Source: Sphagnum compactum
Lineage: Eukaryota
Assembly (NCBI GenBank): GCA_965153455.1
Contig: OZ234494.1
Coordinates: forward strand, 2,728,001 to 2,792,000
Reading direction: 5' to 3'
DNA: 64,000 nucleotides
Position 1 is the first letter of the stretch, and every line of letters begins with the position of its first letter. Of this stretch, positions 12,910 to 23,560 are shown one piece after another. Made by a program: the position numbers and the translations under genes. Below the pieces are notes generated by a model. The model saw nothing but the letters and a program-made list of their open reading frames with translations. It did not search any database and was not told the DNA's origin.

Positions 12910-15457
12910 ATGGGGTTGTGTGCATCGAGGGCGTTGGGGGAGTTGACGGAATTGGAGGAGGAGGAGGAGGAGGAGGTTGGGCATGACGAAGATTGTAGAA
13001 GCTGCTTGCAGATAGATCATCAGTCGGGAGCAGGTGATGGTGGTGGTGGTGGTGGTGTGCAAATGACGAGCAAAATGACGAGCCGGAGCAGCAGCAGGAG
13101 CAGCAGTAGAAGAAGCAACAATTCCGGCAACTCCTCCTCCCTGGTCAATGCTGCCTTGAGCTTCGACTCCTCGCGATCCTCCGCCGAGGTCGGGGATATG
13201 GGCAAGCTTGGGGCGCTCTTTTGTAAGCGACGGCCGTTTGTGGGTAGTCCCGACATCTTGTCCGCGCACCTCACCAACTTGCTTTCTTCCCTCGTGCGTT
13301 CATCGTCGTCGGTGATGGATCAGCCGCAGCAGGAGCTGCAGCTGTTGGCCAACGCGGCTGAAATCTCCTTCTCCTCCTACCTCAGCAAGTCCTTCATCCG
13401 GCCTCAAGCTGCTGCTGCTGCTGCTGGTTTCCAGCAGGAGCACGCCTCCGCCGCCGGTACTAGGGATGCTGCAGCTCTGGACGCCATCGCCAAATCTTAC
13501 GCCGAGTCTGCGGCCAAAGCTGCTGCTCGCGACACTCTCTTGTTCCTCAAGGAGAATGACACCTTGCAAGGCTATGCCTTGACGAGCTGCTGCGTCCCTG
13601 AAGAGTTGGACGACAGCAAAGGACTCGAGCCCGAGGAAGCAGCAGAAGAAGAAGAAGAAGAAAAGGCGACGTCGGAGACGACCCATCAGACTGTAGATCT
13701 CTTCAGACCCGGGGGATTACAGTACCAGCATACCGAGAAGGAGCTTGCAGTGGGCGATGTGGTTGCCGCGCAGAGGTCGCTCTTTGAGTTCTGTTTCCCA
13801 GCAACAAGTACAAGCAGCAGGTGGGCTTCTGTCGTGAATGCAGCCAGACAGTCGGCTTGCCTGGCTGCTACATTCAGGCCATTGCAGCAGCAGCTGCAGG
13901 CCGGATCATCAGTACAAGGAGACGTAGCACTGGAGCAGAAGCTTGAGGGGAAGCAGCAGCAGAAGAAGAAGAAGAAGAAGAAGACATTGCAAGATCTTGT
14001 TCCTCCGCTTCAAGATGCAGCAGCATACAGCAGCCAATTGGATCAGAACCTGTTGGGAGCAGCAGATGCTGCAGGAGCAAAGGTGATGTGCAGAAGTGAT
14101 GATGAGGATTCTAGGGATCAGAGAGGGTGCTTGGTATCATGCCCAACAAGCTGCTGCTCCTGCTTGCAAATCGGTTCTTTGCCATCTCCAGGGAAGAAGT
14201 GCAGTGAGAACCAATGCAGCAGCAGCAGCAGCAGCATGTGTGATTCTCCATCTCTTGAGGATCATCATCATCGTCAAGAAGGTGAGCTAGAAGAAGAAGA
14301 AGATGATTCAGCTCAGGATGATCCTGCAGATCTGGCAGACCGAGATTCCTTCTTCTCCTTCCCAAGCTCACCATCTTCCAAACTGTTTGAGGAGATGGGC
14401 TCTGGACATATCATCGAGCAGATGAAATTCACCAAGTTGATGCAAGAAATGGCATGCCAGAGAAAGATTGTCGAAGAGTTCCATGCTGGGATACTACAAA
14501 ATTTTGAGGACAAGCCCAGAAGCAGCTCATGTGAACCAGCAGCAGAGACTCCACCACCATCATTCAGCAGCAGGCCAAGTGGAAATGGATTCCAAGGCTC
14601 TGAATGTGCAGCAAGTCAACAGCTGCTGACACATGAGGAGGACTCAAGAGTAGCACAACAGCAGCAGCAGCAGCAGCCTGGTTTTGACAACAACAAAAAT
14701 CTCAATTTGTTTGCAATACAACACCGACAAGATTGCAGCACCAATACTTGTCATGCTGTGGGTGCTCCTGCTGTTTCAACAAACAGATTTGCAGGTTTGG
14801 AATTGTTAGCAAACACTGAAGAAGATGATGAGGATGAGGATGATGATGATGATGAGGATGATGATTCCTCTGACACCCATGCAAGGGAGTATGGTGAGCA
14901 TGATGGCGATGACAACGAGTCAAGCTGTGAATCATTCAACATTGATGATGATCGTGCTCAGGGCATGAGGATCATGAGCTTGATAGGTAAGGATTTTGCT
15001 TGCCTTCACATGATCCAATGCTTCAATGCCCATGAGGCAGTGGCAGATTTGATGACATCATCAGGAACTGCCACTGCAGCACATGTAGGAAGATAGTCCA
15101 GAGAGTTTCAGTACTACCCATCTGCTGTAGTGATTTCCTAAGCTTAGTTTCTTTGTGTGTGTGTGTGTGTGTGCTTCTTTTTTTTTTGTTGCAGGCATTT
15201 TGAGGAACCTAGTTCATGGAGGCAAAGCTGTGCAAAAAGTAAGCACCACACCAAAACCTCTGAAGAAAGATGCAGCACCCAACATGAACGAATCCAAGAC
15301 TTTGGAGCAACAACTTGAAGACTCAACAGCAACAACAATGACAACAACATTGTCTTCAACAGTTAAAGGGCTAGTGATTCTAAAACGTGGACTACTGTGC
15401 CGAAATCACTTGGCTGTTAAAAGCAACAACATTGCACACAAGAGTATATCTCCCTGA
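12910..15457 (+). CDS. Uncharacterised low-complexity protein (~779 aa, 2 exons), predicted N-myristoylated/S-acylated
   Basis: 728-codon GC-rich ORF beginning MGLCAS. A strong donor AG|GTAAGG at 14987 and a polypyrimidine/GCAG acceptor (exon starts 15195) join it in frame to the 15155-15457 ORF (..IMSLI-G-ILRNLVHGG..), giving exons 12910-14986 and 15195-15457. It has poly-E/Q/S/D/K tracts and no domain I recognise. Confidence 0.75.
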
Positions 15458-18418
15458 CAATTCAACCTTCTCCGAGTATTCCCAACATCAAGGTCGGTCA
15501 TCTATAGACTTTGAAAACAAACCTTCAGCATACTAGTGCTCCCACAACTACTGCAGGTGCCACATTGTTTTAGAACACTAATACCCAATGCACCAAAAAG
15601 TTTCAATCATGAGACATTATGTGTGACAAATGATGACCTTAATTCTGCCCGTTGTTATAGTGCAGCAGCAGCAGCAACACATGGGGTGTGTGGTCACTTT
15701 GTGTTGCAATGTTAAAGGGGATGATGTAAAATGGAAGGTGGTGTTCTAGAAATCAGATTTGCGAATCTAGACACAACTCTGAGACAATGTAGGTTAATTT
15801 CAAGGATATTGAGACCTAGTTCGTTTGGCTTGGTGAGCTGCATATTCTTTGTCACTAGTTAGTTCTGTACAACTCAACATTTGACAATTTGTTTGGGGGG
15901 GGGATTCTGGCAACAATTTGGGTTTTGGATCAGCTCATTCATTCTCCTGAGTGGAATTTTGTGGATCATTTGTTTCTTAATCTTCATGATTTTACTCGGT
16001 GTTGTTGGCACATGTAATGTACTAGAGAGCGGGCAGGTCACTGCTGAATCCAGCTCCCTGAATCATCCTAGGACCTCCCACACTGAGGTCCTAATTAACT
16101 CCCAGCAAACTCCTGGCTTGCTCAGGGTGAGCTGCAAACTCCTGGCTTGCTCAGGGTGAGCTGTGGGAGCTTGAATGGGCACTGGCCTGCCCTGCACACT
16201 GGTGTTAAAGTTAGGGGTGATTGCAGTTATTCTGCAGGATCTGCCCTGGGTGACCAAAACAGGCTACCATGGCTGAATAAGCCAGTGGCTGATTCAATCA
16301 CCGAGGGCAGATACTGCACAAACTAAAGAGTGCTCAATAAGTAGACTGAGTAACTGAACTTGCTCTCTGTGCAGTTGTGAATTCTGTTAGGTAGAAGGAA
16401 GAAGCCTCATTCTGAATATTATTAAGCAAGGAGATGAGTTCTGGGTGCTCTGTGAACGGATGATTGAATTGGATGATTGAATCAGGCATCCTCAAACTCT
16501 TGTGTTTCAAGGGATGAAACTACTAAGTTGCACTTCACCAACAATTACCCACAAATGCTCAAATCCTCTCTCTCTCGTGTAATTCACTCCGGATGAAAGA
16601 AATTTTGAAGTTTGCTGAACTCAATCCCCCAAAGGCAAATCACGCAAAGGTAGAAGAACTATGGATCCTGGCTAGCTCTAGTTGTGGAGGTATTGATGCA
16701 TTTTTCAGACTTGACAAATTAATCCATTAGTGAATTTTAACTTACTATGGTTCAAGGTGGTCATGATGTTCTATAAGTTTCATACCGAAACTTGCCTACG
16801 AAAGTCTATTCCAAAGTATAACCACTGTTTCCATTGTCCATTCACATTAAAGAATATGTATATTTTCTCCTAATTTGTGTTGTATTTTGCTTTACAACGT
16901 GAGTAAGTAGCCTAACATAGTGGAACTGGCAGACCCAACAACACTGATCCCGGGTCACCAGAATTCCAATCAAAGTACTTGAAACGGGTTCCATTTTCAA
17001 GACAAAGATCAATAACTGATCGGGTTCCCCTCCCACCCATGAGCCCAGCTTCTTAATGGGATGGGTAAAAGAAAGTCCTTTACATGCAATGGATGAGGTT
17101 CCTGGACTGGTGGGTTCTCCTGAGGTTTGGGAACACCCTTGGGCTCACACGGCCTCAGGTAGCCCTCCCTCAAGAGAACCCACTTGGACAAAAACCTCTC
17201 CTGCAACAAAAGATGACAACATTCCAGGCAACATGTGCATTCAGAACTTTGAGAGATTTAGAGTTCTTTCATTTGGTTCCTCATTCCCATTTGCTATTGT
17301 GGGTTTGCTTAGTCCATCCATGTGAGAATTTTCACCACACTTGAAGAAAAGAAAACAGCCATGACAAAAAGAATTCAAACCATTAATTTTTAAAAATCGA
17401 AACAGGACATTTGATGCACATTTGGGTTAGCAAATGAATTGGATCATCATCATATATGTCTGCTAATTGTGAAACTAAAGCTATAAAAAGCTCCAACCAT
17501 CTATGATTACGGGTAACTCAAAATGATCAAGTGTGGTCACAATTGCAGCCAAATTCAGCTACTTGCTGACAGAGGATTACAGTTGCAAAATTTCCACCAT
17601 TTGGGTTTAGTGTGTTACAAACCTTCAACTGTTGGGTTTCGTGCATTACAAGCTTCAACTGATGGGTTTAGCCCATCAAGCAGCAATTTAGTTCCACAAG
17701 TTTTTGACAGATGGTTGTAAACTAACTGCAAATTGAGACTCATCAAAATATGGCACTCATTTCCAAGAAGCTGAGAATTATTCCGATCTTCTGGACCTTG
17801 TTGTGGTGGAAATAAATGAAGAAGAGACCAAATGAAGGAAAATGAAGCAGTTCATTAGAAAAGCACCCAACATCAACAAAATCCGATTTACATCAAAACA
17901 CAACCCAATTCAGGAATTGCATGCAACCAACAACCACAATTTGTGAGCAGAAATTTGCTTCAGAGAATCGACAAAGAGAAATTGCTTACAACAATTTGCA
18001 ATCAATCAGACACCGAGCATTCTTCAGAAAAAGCAAAGAACACACACATACACACAAACCCACAATTTCACATGTGAAATCAGTCATTGAATGAATTGTA
18101 ATTGTGTGTAGTAATAGTTTACTAATCATCCACTGGTGCCAAGTACAATGAAGACATAATGGGAGCTCTACTAGAGAAGAACAACAACAACGGCCGAGGA
18201 GGTGCTTCTTCTTCTTCTTCTTCTTGTACTCAGAAAACCATGGCAAGGAAACTAATTCTTGGTTGTTGAATTGGATTCGGGTTTTGGGTGGTGGTGGTGT
18301 GAAATTCTCTTTCTCAAACACATTCCAACATTTGCTTCTTTGATGATGATGATGATGATGGGTTTTGAGTAGAAGAAGTCCTAGTCTGTGAGATTTTTCT
18401 TCATCGTCATCTAATCCA

Positions 18419-18580
18419 GATGACCAAACCTGTCTCCAATTTCCTGCAAACGAAGAAGAAGAAGAATTCTCACACCCTGATGATGATGGAAACTTTCTCC
18501 AGTTTGCTGCAGAAGAAGAATTATCACACCACACTGATGACCAAAACTGTCTCCAATTTGCAGAAGAAGAAGAATTATCC
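18419..18580. repeat. 3 x ~55-60-bp degenerate tandem repeat just 3' of the MAP3K stop codon
   Basis: Units of gatgaccaaa..tctccaattt..gcagaagaagaattatc recur at ~18419, ~18479 and ~18536. Confidence 0.7.
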
Positions 18581-18587
18581 AACTTTG

Positions 18588-20456
18588 TCATCTGCAACAG
18601 CAGATTTTGTTGCTGTAAAAATCTGGTTCGACTCCTGATGGAACATTGTCCAGAATTGTGGGTAAGTAGTTTCGTATGGCCCAGAGCTCTGGTTGCAGTG
18701 CACAAAGAAGCTCCTGGAGGAAGACGACAAGAGGCAGAAAAGAACAATTGGTTGGTGAAGAAGCTCTGCAAGGAGGAGATCCCATGGTTGTCAACTCTGC
18801 TGCTGGAGATTTGGCAACCTCCTCCTCCTCCTCCTCCTCCTGGGTGCTATTGCATGCAGAAGAAAACAACAAGCATTCAGCAGTTGATGAAATGGAAACA
18901 GACTCCGGCACGAGTTCCTGGCCGCCATTGAGGATGATGATCTCAAGCTTGAGATTGGGTGCTGATGATGATGGTGGTGGTGACGACTCCTCTGCAGTGG
19001 CAACACTAGTTGCTTCTGCTTCTGCTTCTTGTTCTTGTGGTGGTGTCCTGGGAGCTTCTTCTGCAGCTGCACGCTCATGAGGAGCTTGGGGAAACTGTTT
19101 GTTGGGGATGGAAATCGCCTTTGGAGACCGAACCACGATCCATTCTCCTTCAGCCAGTGGACTGAGAGGCCACATGTTGTTGTTTTTGTCGTTGCCTGTT
19201 GCCCCACCAGCTTCTTCCATCTCATGTGGCCTTGTTTTTCTTGGAAATTCCAAAGCTGCCAGCTTCTTCCAGAATGAAGGAGTGCAGAGAGGCGGAACCG
19301 AGGAGAGAAGAAGCGAGCTGGTGTTCGTAGCATGATCAAGAAGAACGCTGGTGGGAGAAGAAGAAGCGGCAGCAGCAGGAACAGGAGCTTGATGATGGGT
19401 GTTGGAGGATTGAAGTCCGGAAGGAGGAGGAGGAGGAGCTTTGAGAAAGGGATGTTGAAGGAGCTGTGCGGCAGTCCAGCGCTTGGAAGGCTCGCGCTGA
19501 AAGCAATGCGCGAGAAAATCGTGCGCTTGCGGGGACAGAGAAGCGGGCGTTGGCGGCACCTCGTCTGTGCAACCGATACAGTAGAGAGCCACGAAAGGAT
19601 CGGCAGCAGCAGCAATGTGCGCCCAGGGAGCGCGTCCTCCCGTGGCCATCTCCACCACGGTACAGCCCAGCGACCAGATGTCGGACTCCAATCCCTGCTC
19701 CTTCTGCAGCACCACCTCGGGAGCCATCCACTGCGGCGTCCCATTCATCATCATACAAGAATCCTCAACCTGCTCCTCCTGCTCCTGCTGCAGTCCCAGC
19801 TCTTGAGCATTGATGCGCTTGGCGGATCCAAAGTCCGCCAGCTTCAGGGTGCCTGCATTGCTACCCACCAGCACATTCTTGGCCTTGATGTCCCCATGCA
19901 CGATCCCGCGGCGATGCAGGTACTCGATCCCTTGCAGAATGCTGCGAGTGTAGGAGCGGATGAGAAGCTCATCCAGAGGAGGCTGTTGCTGCTGCTGCAC
20001 TCCCCCAGAAGCGAAGAACTGCTTGAGCAGATCCGAGAGACTACCACCCGGCATGTACTCCAGGAACACATTCCGCAACCGCCGCTTGCCTCTGCCCCTC
20101 TCCTCCTCCTCCTCCTCCTCCACCTCACTCCAGGAGCTTCCCAAGCAACGCACTACAAACTCCGACTCCAATCCCTGCAAGATCCGGATCTCGTTCTCCA
20201 TGGCTGCGAGATGCGCCGTCGAATTCTTCTTCTTCTGACCACCACCACCACCCACAATCTTGTCCTCCTTCTCCTCCTCCTCTACGGCGTCCCCATCATC
20301 ATCATCACTCTTGTGCTCCTGCTGCTGGTTACAAGAACCTGCAATAGTGGATTTTACAGCAAAGAAGGAGCCAGTCACTCTGTCCATCGCCAGGTGCACT
20401 TGCCCATATGCTCCTACTCCCAGTAAACTTCCACGGATCCATGAACTCATTCCCAT
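18588..20456 (-). CDS. Intronless MAP kinase kinase kinase (MEKK subfamily, MAPKKK15-21-like), 622 aa
   Basis: First in-frame ATG at 20456 (MGMSSWIRG), with an upstream in-frame TGA at 20535-20537. Motifs: GVGAYG, FAVKS, alphaC Glu (ENEIRIL), HGDIKAKN, DFG, GTPQWMAPE, DIWSLGCTVVEMATG, and C-terminal SPTSVL and EWIVVR typical of this intronless clade. Confidence 0.93.
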   Translation of the reverse strand: MGMSSWIRGSLLGVGAYGQVHLAMDRVTGSFFAVKSTIAGSCNQQQEHKSDDDDGDAVEEEEKEDKIVGGGGGQKKKNSTAHLAAMENEIRILQGLESEFVVRCLGSSWSEVEEEEEEERGRGKRRLRNVFLEYMPGGSLSDLLKQFFASGGVQQQQQPPLDELLIRSYTRSILQGIEYLHRRGIVHGDIKAKNVLVGSNAGTLKLADFGSAKRINAQELGLQQEQEEQVEDSCMMMNGTPQWMAPEVVLQKEQGLESDIWSLGCTVVEMATGGRAPWAHIAAAADPFVALYCIGCTDEVPPTPASLSPQAHDFLAHCFQREPSKRWTAAQLLQHPFLKAPPPPPSGLQSSNTHHQAPVPAAAASSSPTSVLLDHATNTSSLLLSSVPPLCTPSFWKKLAALEFPRKTRPHEMEEAGGATGNDKNNNMWPLSPLAEGEWIVVRSPKAISIPNKQFPQAPHERAAAEEAPRTPPQEQEAEAEATSVATAEESSPPPSSSAPNLKLEIIILNGGQELVPESVSISSTAECLLFSSACNSTQEEEEEEEVAKSPAAELTTMGSPPCRASSPTNCSFLPLVVFLQELLCALQPELWAIRNYLPTILDNVPSGVEPDFYSNKICCCR

Positions 20457-20624
20457 CACTGCAAATGAGTGAATCTCCTTGTAGATGGCAGCAAGCTGCT
20501 TGCAACCCTTCTCACAATTCACTCTGCATTGATCTCAATCCCGATGTCGTCATCATCATCAAAAAGATCATTCTTCAAACCTCAAGTGGATTCTTCAGCT
20601 CTTTCAAACCCCGATCTCCAATTT

Positions 20625-20838
20625 CCAAACATCAAACTGCAAACTTCAAACTCCAAAGTTCACACTCCAAACTCCAGACTCCAGACTTCAAACTTCCAAA
20701 CTTCCAAACTTCAAACTCCAAACTTCCAAGTTCTCCAAACTTCAGACTTCAACTTCAAACTCCAAACTGCAAACTTCAGACTTCAGACTTCAATCTGTAA
20801 ACTTCAAACTGTAAACATCAAACTTGACTTCAAAACTT
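20625..20838. repeat. Degenerate heptamer array (CAAACTT/CAGACTT/CAAACTC) upstream of the MAP3K
   Basis: Roughly 30 imperfect 7-8-bp units, e.g. aaacttcaaactccaaa...cagacttcagacttc. Confidence 0.85.
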
Positions 20839-22599
20839 TTGTGTGATGGAGTGTTTAATTTGAGGGGATGATGGGTAGTTGCATGAGAGTTGGTTGGGTA
20901 CTTTCTAGCTATAATTATGCTGCTCAAGTGGTACAAACCACAAACAACAAGATGCTCATTGTCTACAAACAACAAAGAGACAACAAGATGCTCATTGTGT
21001 ACAAAAAACAAGGAGAAGGGGGAGGCAGAAGGAGATGAAATTATTGTGAAGATGTAAATCATGTGCAAGTGCTTTATACTTGTCAATCTTTCTTCCAATA
21101 ACAAGTTACTCCCTTCCCCCCAACTTTTTTCCTTTGTCCTGATCTCCTCCTTCCTACAAGTCCTCTACTTGTGTTTATAGTGTCTGCCATGTTTGGTCTG
21201 ACATGTTCTCCTAAATTCATGACAAAATTGTGGCTTGCAAATGGTAATGACTAAAGATCATTGACAGACAAAATACATACAAAATTAATTACCCCATTGA
21301 AGAAGAATGCATTCCAGGCCACACTCTCCATGATCTCCAACTGCCTACTCCACTCTAGCAGCCTGACTGACTTCAAGGAGACAAAAGAGCCCTAGATTTT
21401 GGCTTTCAGCCTGCATGTGACTCCGCTGTAGCAGCCTGACTTCCATGAGATGAAGAGAGGAAGGTTTTTTGCCAAATTGATGTAAGCCCAATACAAGAAA
21501 GACAGAAAAATTATTATCATTTTGTTTCAAGTTGTGGAAACTATATTTATTGTTGATTACATGTGCATTTGTACAACACGAACGGTTTTGGAATCGAAAC
21601 TATGTATGATTACTACATAATTATGAAATCTTGTTCTTGATTGTAAAATTATTCTCTCACCCTTCAATTGCTAGAAATACCATTTTGATGAATTTTTTAA
21701 TCAAAAAACTGAGGTTACCATGTTGAAGATTAAGAATGTAATTTCTAGTAAATATAAAAAAATCAACAATAATGCTAATAACAACACTTCAGCTCTTTCA
21801 CAATTCTTTTGTGGGCAGGTATATAGTTTCTAAAAGTATCTTCGATGGAAGAGATTATTATATCACTTTACAATGGCCATATAGTACCAACAAAAAGAGG
21901 ATAATTTTTAGAGCACCCCAATAGTCATCAATGTTGAGAAATAAACTAGCAACATTGGGCAAATTTTTCAAGTCGAGCTTTGCAAGTTGGTGTAGGATAC
22001 CAAGTTCAACAAAAGGTTTTGTGGACATAGTCAAACTATGTTGCCCATCTCTCTCTCACATGTTTCATCTTCATTTGTTGCAAGCTTTCATGGAAACCAT
22101 GAAACCTACCTCACATGTGTTCATCTGTATTTGTCACAAGCTTTCATGGAAACCACTAAACCCTATTTGTGTGTTTCATACGTGGATGTTGTAAAAATGT
22201 GGAAGAAAGCAAGAAAACTTGGTAGAAAAAATCTCAATTTCACAAGATGACCCAAATCTGGGTGGAACTGAAACTATGGATTTAGGTGTTCAAGAAATTT
22301 AATTGAAGCACATGACTAGGAAGGAAATGCACACTAAACATAACCATATGCAAATAGAAACAAATGAAAATGGTAACTTCAACAACAATTTTGATAGACT
22401 TTTAATTTCAATAAATTTTTTTATTTCAATCAAGTTTATTGAGGCCCTTCATGGCCCACAAGTGTTTTACAAGGTTTGATCTTAAATTGAAGTGGATTTG
22501 TGAGTTTTCCAACTCTTTTAATGCTTTGCATGTACACTTGAAATTGTCAATCCCTACCTTAATTACCCTAAATTTGCTTGTTTAAACAAAGATTTCACA

Positions 22600-23560
22600 T
22601 TATTCTTTTTCATCTTTTATTATAATAGTGTGGGAAATCACACAAGCAACCGTGATCTCATAAATTGTATTCATATACCATAATCCACAATGGTTCTAGA
22701 TGATGGCAAAGTGGGATTGTAAGATTTCAAAACACCTTTCAAAATCCTTCCTCACACCTTCCATAAATGTAAAATGTTTTTTCCTACATCTCCTAGCTTG
22801 TGTATGGTCTACACAAAACAAAACAACTACAAATAGATGTTGTTTGTTAGAAAATAGCAATGAAAATATGTTATCCCATTCACAACAAAATTGAAATCAT
22901 GGCTTGGTCTGTTCAACAACAAGTCAATGGTGATTAATCAAGAATGTTGATGTCATTGTTTCCATCAAGAAGCTTAAAGAATGTGTGCCAAATTTAAAAG
23001 GATTGGTTTACATGGTCATTTCGAATATGGTGCACCTATCTCCATTTTTGTTTTGGAATTGACCTTGCCAACTAATAGGGAAATTGTTCCACTTGTAGAA
23101 CATGTAGTGCACGTTCATGAACATCCCTAGAATTCCTTGTGTGACATTGATCTCCAACTACCTTTCGATATTAGTTTGAGTGGGTTCTCTTAAATACATT
23201 AGCTGAAATACTACAAGAATTGTGCACACAACTTATTTGAAGCATTCAATTGCAGTACTGTTGCCAAGTTGCAATAGTCATCCACAAAATTTGCACTTGT
23301 TCCATAAGCAAACTATTGGAGAACAATTATACATTTTTTGGATTGCAAACAATCCAAGTTTTCCTATACAATCCAATTGCACAAAAAAACCATCACAAAC
23401 GTAGTAATGCATTCGTATATTGACACTTCAACAAACATTCACCATACACAAGTGAAGGTGCAAAGTATTCACAAAAGATCCGTTCCTAACCTCATTGCCA
23501 ATCTCGTCTATTCACCCAAACATAAAACCACCATGTGTTCTTGACACTTATGTTATTTGC
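22600..23560 (-). pseudogene. Decayed PIF/Harbinger transposase
   Basis: Minus-strand translation across stops and frameshifts gives GILGMFMNVHYMFYKWNNFPISWQGQF..IFE, IWHTFFKLLDGNNDINILD*SPL, FNFVVNGITY..YFLTNNIY and EGVRKDFERCFEILQSHFAII..VACVISHTIIIKDE. This follows the plant Harbinger DDE transposase pattern (GFPGMLGSIDCMHW..W.GQ..WIWHAFFG..GSNNDINVL..RKDVERAFGVLQ.RF..CIILHNMI.EDE). Confidence 0.85.

Noticed and set aside
12126-12925. Several short ORFs upstream of the 12910 gene
   Set aside because: Products of (AG)n, (CAT)n, (GAG)n and (TTG)n microsatellites.
13355-13395. SFSSYL motif suggesting a phytochrome kinase substrate (PKS) protein
   Set aside because: Only one short motif; the following EI.VF.A..YF motif and other PKS blocks were not found.
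18791-20426. 364-aa antisense ORF (19332-20426) and 317-aa alternative-frame ORF (18791-19744) over the MAP3K
   Set aside because: Shadow ORFs of a GC-rich coding region; low complexity with no recognisable motifs.
20457-20522. 22-codon N-terminal extension of the MAP3K in the ORF track
   Set aside because: It starts at GTG; the first ATG (20456) matches the family's short N-terminus.
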